In this document: one piece after another, positions 52,022 to 62,056 of the stretch
Layout of the letters: every line of letters starts with the position of its first letter
Position numbering within the stretch: the first letter of the stretch is position 1
Assembly: GCA_022827095.1 (NCBI GenBank)
Contig: JAJDTP010000012.1
Location: 31,057-95,056, forward strand
Direction: 5' to 3'
Origin: Dehalococcoidia bacterium
GTDB lineage: Bacteria; Chloroflexota; Dehalococcoidia; Lucifugimonadales; UBA3495
DNA: 64,000 nucleotides
Program-made: the position numbers and the translations under genes
The notes under the pieces: generated by a model
What the model was told of the DNA's origin: nothing
The model's database searches: none
What the model saw: only the letters and a program-made list of their open reading frames with translations

Positions 52022-53074
52022 CTAGGGTTGGCCAACCTTCTCGGTCACGCCGACCTCGGCCATCAGCTCGGAGATCTGACGCCAGGTCTCATCCTCGATG
52101 AAGATGCCGTTTTCGCGACGCTGCAACTCGGTGCGGTACTCGATCTCGCCGGGATAGTAGACCTCGCTGAAACCCGGGGCCGGCGGAGAGGTCTTCACGA
52201 ACTCGGCGAACTCGGTCATCTCCTGTTTGAAGTCCTCCAGAGGGCGGAACTTCGCAACGTCGAACACGGCCAGGAAGCAGCCGTCGTTGTGGCGGGCCTG
52301 CGGGTCGATGCCAAAACCCAGGCCCGTGAGCAGGCCGGAGAACATCTCCACCATGAAGGATAGGCCGAAGCCCTTGTGTCCCTGGTCGGCGCCCACGGGC
52401 AGGATAGCGCCGCCGGCTGAGTAGTCGTTGGGGTCGTTGGTCGGGTTGCCGTCCTTGTCCACGATCCAGCCCGTGGGCACCTGCTCGCCCCGGTTGCGGG
52501 CCAGACCGATCTTGCCGGCGGCGACGGCGGAGGTCGCCATGTCCAGCAGCACCTGGCCCGGCAGGTTGCTGGGCACGCCGATGCAGATGGGGTTGGTGCC
52601 CAAGCGACGGGCGCGGCCGCCGAAGGGAGCCACGGCCTTCGGGCCTGCTCCGGAGTCGGCGGTGAGGATGGCGATCATGCCCTCCTGGGCGCAGATAGTC
52701 GGATAATCGCCCAAGCGCCCGATGTGGCTCTGGCGGCGGATGGTGAAGGCGGCGACCCCATTCTGCTTGGCCTTGTCGATGGCCATCCGGGTCGCCTTTT
52801 CGGTCACCACGAACCCGAACCCCCAGTGGCCGTCGACCACCGCAGTCGTTGGAGTCTCGCTGAGCACTTCGAAAGGTGCGCCGGGCACGATGTGTCCGCG
52901 GTCAACGCGCTCGCAGTATTCGGGAATATGGATGACACCATGGGAATCATGGCCGACCAGGTTGGCCATGACCTGGTGCCTGGCGACAACCTCGGCCTCT
53001 TCGGGCGGGGTGCCCTTGGCCACGTAGATGTGGTAGGCGGCCTTTTCCAGGTATTCAGGGGTGAAGACGGGCAT
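52022..53074 (-). CDS. Ldh_2-family (malate/L-lactate/ureidoglycolate dehydrogenase type 2) oxidoreductase
   Basis: It has LVGHDSHGV, a later HKGFGLS and the typical length. A GGAGG SD precedes ATG 53074. Confidence 0.8.
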   Translation of the reverse strand: MPVFTPEYLEKAAYHIYVAKGTPPEEAEVVARHQVMANLVGHDSHGVIHIPEYCERVDRGHIVPGAPFEVLSETPTTAVVDGHWGFGFVVTEKATRMAIDKAKQNGVAAFTIRRQSHIGRLGDYPTICAQEGMIAILTADSGAGPKAVAPFGGRARRLGTNPICIGVPSNLPGQVLLDMATSAVAAGKIGLARNRGEQVPTGWIVDKDGNPTNDPNDYSAGGAILPVGADQGHKGFGLSFMVEMFSGLLTGLGFGIDPQARHNDGCFLAVFDVAKFRPLEDFKQEMTEFAEFVKTSPPAPGFSEVYYPGEIEYRTELQRRENGIFIEDETWRQISELMAEVGVTEKVGQP

Positions 53075-53141
53075 GGGAACGCCTCCGTGAGGGTTATTTG
53101 GCAGGATGGACGGGATAGAGGGGATTGTAGCAGGAAACGGC

Positions 53142-53570
53142 TCAGGGTTTCGGCAATGCTCCGGCTCGCAGTTCTTTCTCGAAGTAGTGCCGGCTGGCTC
53201 CACCTTCATATCCTTCGGACAGGCCGAATTGCCGGTAGCCTAGCTTGATGTAAAAGTCGGCAGCCTGGAAGGACATCGTATCAACCATCGCCGACGTGCA
53301 GCCCAGCTCTTTGCCGCGCTCCTCGGCCCATCTCATCAACTGGCTGCCCAACCCCTTGCCTCGGTGATCAGGATTAACCCACAGCAACCTCACATGGAGT
53401 TTTCCCCAGTACGCTGCGGCGACAATCCCAGCCACGACGCGCTCCGATTCGACGAAGACGGCTTGAACCGGGGTAACCGAGCGGATCGACGCGGCGCCGG
53501 TGTTGGACTCGTTCAGGCCGCGTTCGACCTCGGCCAACTGGTGATTGGCAGGGTTGGCCACAAATTCCAT
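53142..53570 (-). CDS. GNAT-family N-acetyltransferase
   Basis: The acetyl-CoA region is LWVNPDHRGKGLGSQLMRWAEE. It is 142 aa. Confidence 0.8.
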   Translation of the reverse strand: MEFVANPANHQLAEVERGLNESNTGAASIRSVTPVQAVFVESERVVAGIVAAAYWGKLHVRLLWVNPDHRGKGLGSQLMRWAEERGKELGCTSAMVDTMSFQAADFYIKLGYRQFGLSEGYEGGASRHYFEKELRAGALPKP

Positions 53571-53686
53571 CGTAAGTACCGTGCCTCGGTCCGGGTAGGT
53601 ATCCGCAACTCTATCACCAATTTGCCCGCGTTACGCCGCACCTTTACACTGCCGTCGTTATCATGGCCATGCGGAGGGAACCTACC

Positions 53687-54721
53687 ATGAAAGCCGTTTA
53701 CATCAACGAGACCGGCGGCACCGACGTGCTGATCCACGGCGACCGGCCGGACCCCGAAATCAGCCCCGGCGAGATACTGATCCGCGTCGGTGGCAGCGCG
53801 TTGAACCACCTCGACCTGAACCTGCGGGCCGGCAGCGCGCGCCGCTTTCCGCACATTCTCGGCTGCGACTTCGCCGGCGAGGTGGTGCAGATCAGCCCCG
53901 ACTCCGGAACCGATCTGGCTATTGGCGACCGGGTGCTGGTGGACAACCGCGTCAAATGCGGCGGGCATAACCTGTGCGAGCATTGCGCCGCCGGTCACGA
54001 CCAGTGGTGCGCGCGCCAGCAGCGCATCGGCGTCGACCTGGACGGCGGACACGCGGAGTACGTGGTCGCTCCGGCCATCAACGCCTACACCATCCCCGAC
54101 GAAATGTCCTTCGCGGAAGCGGCGGCGCTGCCCATCGCGCTGCACACGTCGTGGCACTGTCTCGTCACCCAGGCAAAGATCCAGCCCTGGGACGACGTGC
54201 TGGTTCAGGCCGCCGGCTCAGGCGTCGGCAGCATGGGCATCCAGATTGCCAGGATGATGGGATGTCGCGTGATCACCACCGCCGGCAACGACTGGAAGCT
54301 GGAGGAGGCGAAGAAGTGGGGCGCCGATGAGGTCATCAACTACCGGGAAGTGGACAGCGTCAGCGAACGGGTGAAGGAACTCACCGACGGCCAGGGTGTC
54401 GACGTGGTGTACGACTGCGTGGGCGCGGACGTGTGGCACGAGAACATGCTGAGCCTGAAGCACGAGGGGAGACTGGTGATTACCGGCGTAACCTCGGGTA
54501 GCCAGACGCCGATGGACCTGTCCATACTGCACGGCAAACCGTTGCACCTGATGGGAAGCGGCGGGCGCAGTCGCCGCACGATGGCCGACGCCATGAAAAT
54601 GGTGAACCAGGGAGCGCTCCGCGGGATTGTAGGCCGGACCTTCCCGTTGGAAGGCGTGGGCGAGGCCCACCAGGTGATGCACGACCGGGATTTCTACGGC
54701 AAGCTGGTCATCGAACACTGA
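53687..54721 (+). CDS. zinc-type alcohol dehydrogenase / quinone oxidoreductase (MDR family)
   Basis: It has GEILIRV, a structural Zn Cys cluster (CGGHNLCEHCAAGHDQWC), the Rossmann motif AAGSGVGS and the C-terminal YGKLVI. Confidence 0.85.
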   Translation: MKAVYINETGGTDVLIHGDRPDPEISPGEILIRVGGSALNHLDLNLRAGSARRFPHILGCDFAGEVVQISPDSGTDLAIGDRVLVDNRVKCGGHNLCEHCAAGHDQWCARQQRIGVDLDGGHAEYVVAPAINAYTIPDEMSFAEAAALPIALHTSWHCLVTQAKIQPWDDVLVQAAGSGVGSMGIQIARMMGCRVITTAGNDWKLEEAKKWGADEVINYREVDSVSERVKELTDGQGVDVVYDCVGADVWHENMLSLKHEGRLVITGVTSGSQTPMDLSILHGKPLHLMGSGGRSRRTMADAMKMVNQGALRGIVGRTFPLEGVGEAHQVMHDRDFYGKLVIEH

Positions 54722-54792
54722 GCGACCGCTCGCGTTTGGTACAATAACGCACGCCAAAAAGGTCACCACATTGCAACGGAGGCATCCCCGCC

Positions 54793-55566
54793 ATGAAAAT
54801 CGCCCGCTACGTCGCCCACGGATCCGAGCATTACGGCGTCGTTGACGGAGACAACGTCACCGCCATCGACGGCAGCATTTTCGACTCCGAGATCAAGTTG
54901 ACGGACCACACGCACTCCCTCTCCGACGTGAAACTGTTGTCGCCGGTGATGCCGGGTAAAATTCTGGCCATGGGTCTCAACTACACCAGCCACATCGGCG
55001 ACCGGCCGGCCCCTGAATACCCGATGATCTTCCACAAGACCCCCACCAGTGTCATCGGCCCCGAGGACGCCATCGTCCGCCCGAAGGAAGTGCAGAGGTT
55101 CGACGCCGAGGGCGAGATGGTCGTGGTGATCAAGGACAAGTGCCGCAACGTCGCCAAGGCCGACGCCCTGAACCACGTCCTGGGCTACACCTGCGGCAAC
55201 GACGTCAGCGCCCGTGACTGGCAGCAGAAAGACCGCCGGGAGAACAACTCGGACTGGTGGCGCGCAAAGTCCGCCGACACCTTCTCGCCCATGGGCCCCT
55301 GGATCGAGACTGAGGCCGACCCTCACGCTCAGCACCTCCGTACCCGCGTCAACGGCAACGAGGAGCAGAACGAGACCACGGCCCACCTTATCTTCGACGT
55401 GCCCACCATGATCGAGTTCATTACCAAGTATGTTACCCTGGAGGCCGGCGACTGCATCTTCACCGGCACCCCCGGCACGACGTCCGACATGGCCGACGGC
55501 GCCATCTGCGAGATCGACATCAGCGGCATCGGCGTGCTGCGCAACCCGGTCAAGCTGGAGTCGTAA
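54793..55566 (+). CDS. fumarylacetoacetate hydrolase family protein
   Basis: It has GLNYTSH, the metal/active-site blocks EGEMVVVI and GYTCGNDVSARDWQ, and TGTPG. Confidence 0.85.
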   Translation: MKIARYVAHGSEHYGVVDGDNVTAIDGSIFDSEIKLTDHTHSLSDVKLLSPVMPGKILAMGLNYTSHIGDRPAPEYPMIFHKTPTSVIGPEDAIVRPKEVQRFDAEGEMVVVIKDKCRNVAKADALNHVLGYTCGNDVSARDWQQKDRRENNSDWWRAKSADTFSPMGPWIETEADPHAQHLRTRVNGNEEQNETTAHLIFDVPTMIEFITKYVTLEAGDCIFTGTPGTTSDMADGAICEIDISGIGVLRNPVKLES

Positions 55567-55600
55567 CCCTCGTCGTTAGCCCAGCGATGCCCGACTGACA

Positions 55601-55631
55601 GGGGCGGCCAAGCAGCCGCCCCTTCTCTTTT
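55601..55631 (+). terminator. intrinsic terminator after the FAH-family gene
   Basis: The stem is GGGGCGGC-CAAGCA-GCCGCCCC, followed by TTCTCTTTT. Confidence 0.7.
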
Positions 55632-55650
55632 AGGATTCTGGTCACGGATC

Positions 55651-56385
55651 TCAGTCGGGCGCCTGGCTCTCCTCCCGCAACTTGACCAGCAGCGGGATCG
55701 AGCGGATTTTCCGTTCGTTCAGATCCTCCCAGTAAATTCCTTTGGGACGCGGGAACTCCTCGCGGCCGCTGTCACATCGGATGACCGCCTCAGTGGTTAC
55801 GACGATGTCCAACGGGACGTCGTGTTGCGTCCAGGGCAGGTCTTCTTCCAAGAGTTGCATGGGGTGGATCGTGCTGATCACGGGTGTTCCGGGTTTGACC
55901 ACGCCGGCCGCGGACGCCAGGCCGTACTCCAGGTCCGCGAATCCTCCTCCTTTGCCTATTCGCATTCCCTGGCTGTTGACTGCCACGGACCCCGAAATCA
56001 CCAGGTCGATGGGCTGCATCTCATGCACGTAAACCGGGCGGCCCACCTTGAAAGCCCCCGAGATGGTGGACGCCTTTGACGGCTCAATTTCGGGACGAGA
56101 CGGATCGAGCTCGATAAACACCCGCTCGTCCTTTAGCCTCGGCACCGCCATGTAGAGCAGTTTCCCTTGTTCCAGAGCGAGGCGCCGCAACGGTCGCTGG
56201 GCCTGGTCGGGGTTGCTCTTGATGGCCCGAGCGGCTACCCATTCGGGTAGCTCCGACGCCAGGACCGCCGCCTGCTCCCTTCCGATGAAATTAGGAATTC
56301 TATCGTGCACCGACCTGCCGCGGACCACGCGGGCCGTTTCCAGCGCGGTCCAAACCGATTCGCGAATTGCCCATTTGTCACGCAT
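55651..56385 (-). CDS. 5-formyltetrahydrofolate cyclo-ligase family protein (long form)
   Basis: It has IPNFIGREQAA, GKGGGFADLEY and the C-terminal extension typical of the long MTHFS-like group. Confidence 0.65.
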   Translation of the reverse strand: MRDKWAIRESVWTALETARVVRGRSVHDRIPNFIGREQAAVLASELPEWVAARAIKSNPDQAQRPLRRLALEQGKLLYMAVPRLKDERVFIELDPSRPEIEPSKASTISGAFKVGRPVYVHEMQPIDLVISGSVAVNSQGMRIGKGGGFADLEYGLASAAGVVKPGTPVISTIHPMQLLEEDLPWTQHDVPLDIVVTTEAVIRCDSGREEFPRPKGIYWEDLNERKIRSIPLLVKLREESQAPD

Positions 56386-56386
56386 T

Positions 56387-56986
56387 TTAGATCAGCCCGA
56401 ACAGAGACAGCAAATGGCTGGTGGCCTCGCCCTCACCGCCGCCTCCGAGCAACAGTCCTTGGACGATGACAATGATGATCCACGGGATGAACCCAATCAC
56501 CGCTGAGAGCAATACCACAGCTATGGCCCGTCCCGTAGACTCAAAGTCCAGCGCCTGTCGCACTGCCATGGTCACCGCGGCCAGGGTCCATACCCAGGCG
56601 ACCACCGGGAACAGCCAGCCGATGAACGGCACGAAGCTGAATATGGAAAGGACGCCCGGCGTATACGCGAACCCGACTACGCGGCCGATCTCAGCCCAGC
56701 TGGTGTGCGTGCTTCCCGTACGAAGCATCATCCCGCCTACCAGGCTCAGCACGGATACCCAGATCGCCCAGCGCACGATGCCGAACACCAGGCCGGCGAT
56801 CACCCCCAGCAATATCTTCAGCGCAGAGGCGTCGCCCAACAGACCGCCGATGATTCCGCCGACGGCGCCGCAGAGGGTCACCAGCAGCACTACCAGTATG
56901 GCCTGCCCTATTGCCCCCGGATCTGCTTCGATTTCCTCGTAGGTTTCTGCGTTGAACAGAGCCGCTCCGATCATTCTCTGGATCAT
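56387..56986 (-). CDS. Yip1-domain membrane protein
   Basis: FNAETYEEIEADPGAIGQA is followed by five hydrophobic helices. It lies 1 nt upstream of the next gene. Confidence 0.7.
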   Translation of the reverse strand: MIQRMIGAALFNAETYEEIEADPGAIGQAILVVLLVTLCGAVGGIIGGLLGDASALKILLGVIAGLVFGIVRWAIWVSVLSLVGGMMLRTGSTHTSWAEIGRVVGFAYTPGVLSIFSFVPFIGWLFPVVAWVWTLAAVTMAVRQALDFESTGRAIAVVLLSAVIGFIPWIIIVIVQGLLLGGGGEGEATSHLLSLFGLI

Positions 56987-57267
56987 CAAATCACCTCACT
57001 TAAAAACCTTCCCTGACTGTATGGCGATCGTCGCCGACTATGGCCGGCATGTATCGGCTGAATTCTAAGCGTTGATCTTGACCATTGTCATCGCGCATGT
57101 GCGCAGAGTTGTCCCGGTTTTGCTTTACAAGCGGAGTCGCCCGACATACAATTCGACCCGCGGGAGCGGGCTGAGCTGGCCTCTCCCCGGTTTGCTGTCA
57201 GAGATCAGATCGGGTACGGACGCCGTGCCTGCGTGGCCCCGGCGGCCATTTCCCTGGCCCAACTGCT

Positions 57268-58815
57268 ATGAACCAGTCGCCCGAAACCAGCCACGAAGAG
57301 TCGCCCGATAACCCCGGCAGCCTCCAGGCCAACCTGGATAGCCGCCGCGCCAAGCTGGAGCGCATCCGGCAACGCGGGGTCGACCCGTATCCGCCCCGCT
57401 TCCAGCGCACCTGCACCGCCGACGAGGCAATCAGGCTGTTCGAGGCTGCCGAGACGGAAGAAGCTCCGGAGAACGCCAGCGGAATCAGCGTCGCCGGCCG
57501 CGTCGTATCCATGCGCGTCATGGGTCGTGCGGCGTTTCTCGATCTGCGTGACTCGTCGGGGGTGGTACAGGCCATGTTGCGCCAGAATGTGCTGGGCGAC
57601 CAGTACGCGGTGCTGCAGGACCTAGACCTCGGTGATTTCCTCGGGGTGGACGGCGATATGATGCGCACTCGCACCGGCCAGCCAACCATCGAGGCCCGCT
57701 CACTGACCATTCTAGCCAAGGGCATGCGGCCGCTGCCCGAGAAGTGGCACGGGTTGAGGGATGTCGAAACTCGCTACCGCCAGCGCTATCTGGACCTCAT
57801 CGCCAACCCTGAGGTCGCCGATACCTTCGTCCAGCGCAGCCGGATCATCAGCGGCATTCGCCGTTTCCTGGACGGCCGCGGCTTCGTCGAAGTCGACACG
57901 CCTATACTCGTACCCATTCCGGCCGGCGCCCACGCCCGCCCGTTCATCACGCACCACAACGCCCTGGACGAGCAGTTGTACCTTCGGATCGCCACTGAGC
58001 TGTACCTCAAGCGTCTCATTGTCGGTGGCCTCGACAAGGTTTACGAGATCGGCCGAGTGTTCCGCAACGAGGGCATCGATCAGGACCACAACCCCGAGTT
58101 CACCCTGCTGGAGTCCTACGAAGCCTACGCCGATTACAACTCCGTCATGGAGATGGTGGAATCGCTGGTTTCGTCGTTGGCCCAGGACGTGCACGGCTCA
58201 ATGCAAGTCGCCATGGGCGATGACGTCATCGACTTCACCCCGCCCTGGCCACGGCTGTCCCTGCGCGAGGAGCTGCAGCGACGCAGCAGCGTTGATATCG
58301 AGGACTACCCTGACGCCGAATCGTTGACCAGCAAGTGCGCCGAATTGGGCCTTCAACCCGGCCCACGAGAAGCGCGCGGCCGCCTCATCGACAAGATGCT
58401 GTCCGTGTACGTTGAGCCCAACCTGGTGCAACCGTCCTTTCTGATCGATTACCCCGAGGACATGTCGCCCCTGGCCAAGGGCCATCCGGACAAGGCGGGA
58501 TACGTCGAGCGATTCGAGGCCTTCGCCGCCGGCATGGAGATCGCCAACTCTTATACCGAGCTCAACGACCCCGAGGTCCAGCGCGCCCGCTTTGCCGCCC
58601 AGGAACACCAGCGCGACGCCTACGACGATGACGAGGCCGACCGCACGGACGACGATTTCCTGACTGCGTTGGAGTACGGCATGCCACCCACCGGGGGACT
58701 GGGCATCGGCATCGACCGGCTGGTCATGCTGCTCACCGGGCAGTCCACCATCCGCGATGTGCTACTATTTCCGCAGATGCGCTCGCTATCCAGGGAAGAT
58801 CCCGGCGATAACTAG
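57268..58815 (+). CDS. lysS: lysine--tRNA ligase (class II)
   Basis: It has an OB anticodon-binding N-domain plus class II motifs (FRNEGID, ELNDP, GGLGIGIDRLVMLL). Confidence 0.95.
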   Translation: MNQSPETSHEESPDNPGSLQANLDSRRAKLERIRQRGVDPYPPRFQRTCTADEAIRLFEAAETEEAPENASGISVAGRVVSMRVMGRAAFLDLRDSSGVVQAMLRQNVLGDQYAVLQDLDLGDFLGVDGDMMRTRTGQPTIEARSLTILAKGMRPLPEKWHGLRDVETRYRQRYLDLIANPEVADTFVQRSRIISGIRRFLDGRGFVEVDTPILVPIPAGAHARPFITHHNALDEQLYLRIATELYLKRLIVGGLDKVYEIGRVFRNEGIDQDHNPEFTLLESYEAYADYNSVMEMVESLVSSLAQDVHGSMQVAMGDDVIDFTPPWPRLSLREELQRRSSVDIEDYPDAESLTSKCAELGLQPGPREARGRLIDKMLSVYVEPNLVQPSFLIDYPEDMSPLAKGHPDKAGYVERFEAFAAGMEIANSYTELNDPEVQRARFAAQEHQRDAYDDDEADRTDDDFLTALEYGMPPTGGLGIGIDRLVMLLTGQSTIRDVLLFPQMRSLSREDPGDN

Positions 58816-58817
58816 AT

Positions 58818-59525
58818 ATGGTGATCACGATGACGACGGTTATCCCCGAAACCCAACCCAGCGTGCAACATCTCTCCTGGCCCGCATTCGATGCGACTGA
58901 TTTGCTTGAGATGTTGCCCATCACGCTGCGGTTGCCCGAGGCCGTGATAGCGGCCGGCTCCGATGCCTGCGAGGAATGGTATTGGGCCCTCGTCTTGGCT
59001 AATCAGGAATGTCATTGGGGAATGGAATTGAATTCCATGGGGGAGTTGGAACTGATGCCGCCCACTTACCCGCCGTCCGACGAACACGAAGGAGAATCCT
59101 TTGGGGCGTTGTACGTCTGGAATACCACAGCCGGTCGCCCGGGCACGGCAACTGGGCCGACCAGCGCTTACCGCCTCGCAAATGGGGCTATCCGCAGCCC
59201 TGATGCCGCGTGGGCGCCGCGGGAACAAGTCCTACCGCCTTCACCGGACCCGCCCCGAGCACGGCCCTATTGCCCCCATTTTGTAGTCGAAGTCCGTTCT
59301 ACTTCCCAGCGATCACTACGACCGCTGCTCGCCAAAATGCAGGAGTATATGGAGAACGGCGCTCAGCTGGGTTGGCTTATCGATCCCATCGAACGCACGG
59401 TGCGCATCTATCGCGCCGGCGTGGCTGAGCCCGAGTTCTTGCAAGATCCTGATACGCTGGACGGCGAGGATGTCCTGGATGGTTTCACTTTTGCGGTTGG
59501 GGAGCTCATCTTTGACCTGGTGTAA
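58818..59525 (+). CDS. Uma2-family (DUF820) PD-(D/E)xK-type putative endonuclease
   Basis: It has GELELMPP, PHFVVEVRS, YMENGAQLGWLIDP and RTVRIY. It starts 2 nt after the lysS stop. Confidence 0.75.
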   Translation: MVITMTTVIPETQPSVQHLSWPAFDATDLLEMLPITLRLPEAVIAAGSDACEEWYWALVLANQECHWGMELNSMGELELMPPTYPPSDEHEGESFGALYVWNTTAGRPGTATGPTSAYRLANGAIRSPDAAWAPREQVLPPSPDPPRARPYCPHFVVEVRSTSQRSLRPLLAKMQEYMENGAQLGWLIDPIERTVRIYRAGVAEPEFLQDPDTLDGEDVLDGFTFAVGELIFDLV

Positions 59526-59537
59526 CTAGATCTGCTT

Positions 59538-60818
59538 ATGCTTTCCCTCGAACAAATCCGTAACGATACCGATGCCGTGCGCGCTGCCCTGGTCCGCCGC
59601 GCCGAGGACGAGGACTGCCTGGACGAGATCCTGGCCATGGACGCCCAGCGGCGCACCGCCATCACCGACGGTGACGAACTCCGCGCCCGCCGCAACGCCG
59701 TGTCTCGTGAGATCGGTCAGTCTCGCTCCCAGGGCGGCCAGCCCGATGAGGCCATCGTGGCGGAGATGCGCGACGTCGGCCGACGCATCAGCGAGCTCGA
59801 AGACCTGGTCCGAGACCTCGACGCCCGCATCAACGACGCTATGCTGGCGTTGCCCAACCTGCCCCACGCCAGTACCCCCGAAGGGTTCGACGAGACCGGC
59901 AATGTCGTACTGCGCCACTGGGGCGAGCCGACCGCCCTGGATTTCGAAGCCCAGCCCCATTGGGACCTGGCGGAGAATCTGGGTATCATTGACTTCCAGC
60001 GTGGCGTCAAACTTTCTGGCAGTCGCTTCTACACCCTGAACGGCTACGGCGCGCGTCTGGAGCGGGCCATCATCTCCTGGATGCTGGACCTCCACAGCTG
60101 CGAGCACGGCTACACCGAGGTCGCGCTACCCATCCTGGTGCGCCGCGAGATCATGGAGGGCTCCGGCAACCTGCCCTTGTTCGCCGACAACCTCTACCAC
60201 GACGATGAGGACGACCTCTGGCTGATCCCCACCGCGGAGGTGCCGGTAACCAACCTCCACCGGGATGAGATCCTCTCCGGTGAGGAACTGCCGCTGTACT
60301 ACGTGGCGCAAACCCCGTGCTTCCGCCGCGAGAAGGCCGCCGCTGGGCGAGACACCAGAGGCATCAAGCGCGTCCATCAGTTCAATAAGGTGGAGATGTA
60401 CAAGTTCGTCGAGCCGGACACGTCCTTCGATGAGCTGGAAGCTTTGCTCGGGAATGCCGAAGCGGTGTGCCAGCGTCTGAATCTGCCCTACCGCATCCTG
60501 CAGCTCTGCGCCGGCGACATCTCCTTCCCGTCCGCCAAATCCTACGATATCGAGGTCTGGGCCGCCGGGTCGGAGGAGTGGCTCGAAGTGTCGTCCTGCT
60601 CCAACTGCACCGACTTCCAGGCCCGCCGCGCCAACGTGCGTTACCGGCCGGGCGTGGGCGAGCGGCCGCGATTTGTCCACACGCTCAATGGCTCTGGCCT
60701 GGCCCTGCCCAGAGTAATCATCGCCATACTGGAGAATAACCAGCAGCCTGACGGCTCGGTGCTCATCCCAGAGGTCCTGCGCCCCTATACTGGCTTTGAC
60801 GTGATACCGTCTCAGTAG
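59538..60818 (+). CDS. serS: serine--tRNA ligase
   Basis: It has an N-terminal coiled-coil arm plus class II motifs (TAEVPVTN, FRRE, HQFNKVE, NGSGLALPRV). Confidence 0.95.
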   Translation: MLSLEQIRNDTDAVRAALVRRAEDEDCLDEILAMDAQRRTAITDGDELRARRNAVSREIGQSRSQGGQPDEAIVAEMRDVGRRISELEDLVRDLDARINDAMLALPNLPHASTPEGFDETGNVVLRHWGEPTALDFEAQPHWDLAENLGIIDFQRGVKLSGSRFYTLNGYGARLERAIISWMLDLHSCEHGYTEVALPILVRREIMEGSGNLPLFADNLYHDDEDDLWLIPTAEVPVTNLHRDEILSGEELPLYYVAQTPCFRREKAAAGRDTRGIKRVHQFNKVEMYKFVEPDTSFDELEALLGNAEAVCQRLNLPYRILQLCAGDISFPSAKSYDIEVWAAGSEEWLEVSSCSNCTDFQARRANVRYRPGVGERPRFVHTLNGSGLALPRVIIAILENNQQPDGSVLIPEVLRPYTGFDVIPSQ

Positions 60819-60887
60819 CCCAAATATTTCGCTCACTGGTCCTGACGCACGGCCGAGAAGGCACACCAGGTTCACAGGAGGAATGCA

Positions 60888-61706
60888 ATGTCTGGCATCT
60901 GGCCCGACGACATCCGTTGTGTCGCGCTCATCACCTTCGATGTGGACGGCATCACCTCCTGGCTGAATCGGAACCCCGATTTCATCAACTATCCCAGCCT
61001 GTTGTCAATGGCGGAGTACGGCCCCAGCGTCGCCACGCCGCGCATCCTGGACATGCTGGACGCCCAGGGCATCCCGGGCAGCTTTTACATCCCCGGATAC
61101 GTGGCCGAAACACATCCTGACCTGGTGCGCGAGATCGCCGGTCGCGGCCACGAGGTGGCCCACCACGGTTACATCCACGAGCCCCCGGCCACCATGTCTC
61201 CCGAAAAAGAGGAGGAGGTGTTGATCAAGGGCATCGGCATCCTGGGTGACCTCACGGGCGTGGCGCCCGTCGGCTATCGTTCGCCAAGCTGGGAACTCAG
61301 CCCCGTGTCCCTGGACCTCCTGGCCAAGCACAACTTCCACTACGACAGCAGCCTGATGGGTGACGACGCGCCCTACCTGGTGCAAGGCGGCGACCCGCCC
61401 CGCGACTTGGTCGAGTTGCCCATTCACTGGCTCCTCGATGACGCGCCGCACTTCGCCTACGCGCCGTCGGCCAATCGCCTGGGACCCATGCGGAACCCCG
61501 ATGAGGTGTTCGAAAGCTGGGCGGCCGAGTTCCGTGGCATCTACCGTTACGGCCGCTGCTACAACCTGACCATGCACCCGCAGTACATCGGGAGGCCCGG
61601 CCGGCTGCTCATGCTGGAGCGGCTGATTGAGTACATCAAGACCTTCCCCGGCGTTCGCTTCATGCGCGCCGTGGACGTAGCCGACATGTGGGAAAACGGA
61701 GCGTAG
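60888..61706 (+). CDS. polysaccharide deacetylase (NodB homology domain) family protein
   Basis: It has ITFDVDG and HEVAHHGYIHE, then YRSPSW and the late LTMHPQ. Confidence 0.8.
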   Translation: MSGIWPDDIRCVALITFDVDGITSWLNRNPDFINYPSLLSMAEYGPSVATPRILDMLDAQGIPGSFYIPGYVAETHPDLVREIAGRGHEVAHHGYIHEPPATMSPEKEEEVLIKGIGILGDLTGVAPVGYRSPSWELSPVSLDLLAKHNFHYDSSLMGDDAPYLVQGGDPPRDLVELPIHWLLDDAPHFAYAPSANRLGPMRNPDEVFESWAAEFRGIYRYGRCYNLTMHPQYIGRPGRLLMLERLIEYIKTFPGVRFMRAVDVADMWENGA

Positions 61707-61708
61707 CA

Positions 61709-62029
61709 ATGGCTGATGACAGGTCCAGGCCCGCAGCACACGACCGGGGCGGCTGGCCCCACGACACCCCCATCGACCGCAGCGAGCACGAATATTCCGA
61801 TTGGGAGCGGCGGGTCGACGCCGTCCACCAGGTGCTGGGGGCGCAAGGCATCCGCACCACCGACGAGATGCGCCGCGCCATCGAGAGCCTGCCGCCGGAA
61901 CGTTACGAGGCGTTGTCTTACTACGAAAAGTGGACCGCCGCCCTGGAGATCCTGCTGATTGAAAAGGGGATACTGACGGCAGAGGAAATTGACACCAAAG
62001 CGGCGGAGCTGCGGGAGCGGGGGTTGTAA
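61709..62029 (+). CDS. nitrile-hydratase beta-subunit N-terminal-like / accessory-protein-like small protein
   Basis: EHEYSDWERRVDAVHQVL...TTDEMRRAIESLPPERYEALSYYEKWTAALEILLIEKGILTAEE matches the N-terminal half of NHase beta subunits. No alpha subunit is nearby. Confidence 0.6.
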   Translation: MADDRSRPAAHDRGGWPHDTPIDRSEHEYSDWERRVDAVHQVLGAQGIRTTDEMRRAIESLPPERYEALSYYEKWTAALEILLIEKGILTAEEIDTKAAELRERGL

Positions 62030-62056
62030 CCAGCCCCGGACAAGAGGAGATTGCTT

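Noticed and set aside
56990-57267. Possible T-box or lysine riboswitch in the 278-nt leader of lysS
   Set aside because: I could find neither the conserved T-box sequence (AAnnGGGTGGTACCGCG-like) nor L-box core elements by eye. The region is left unannotated.
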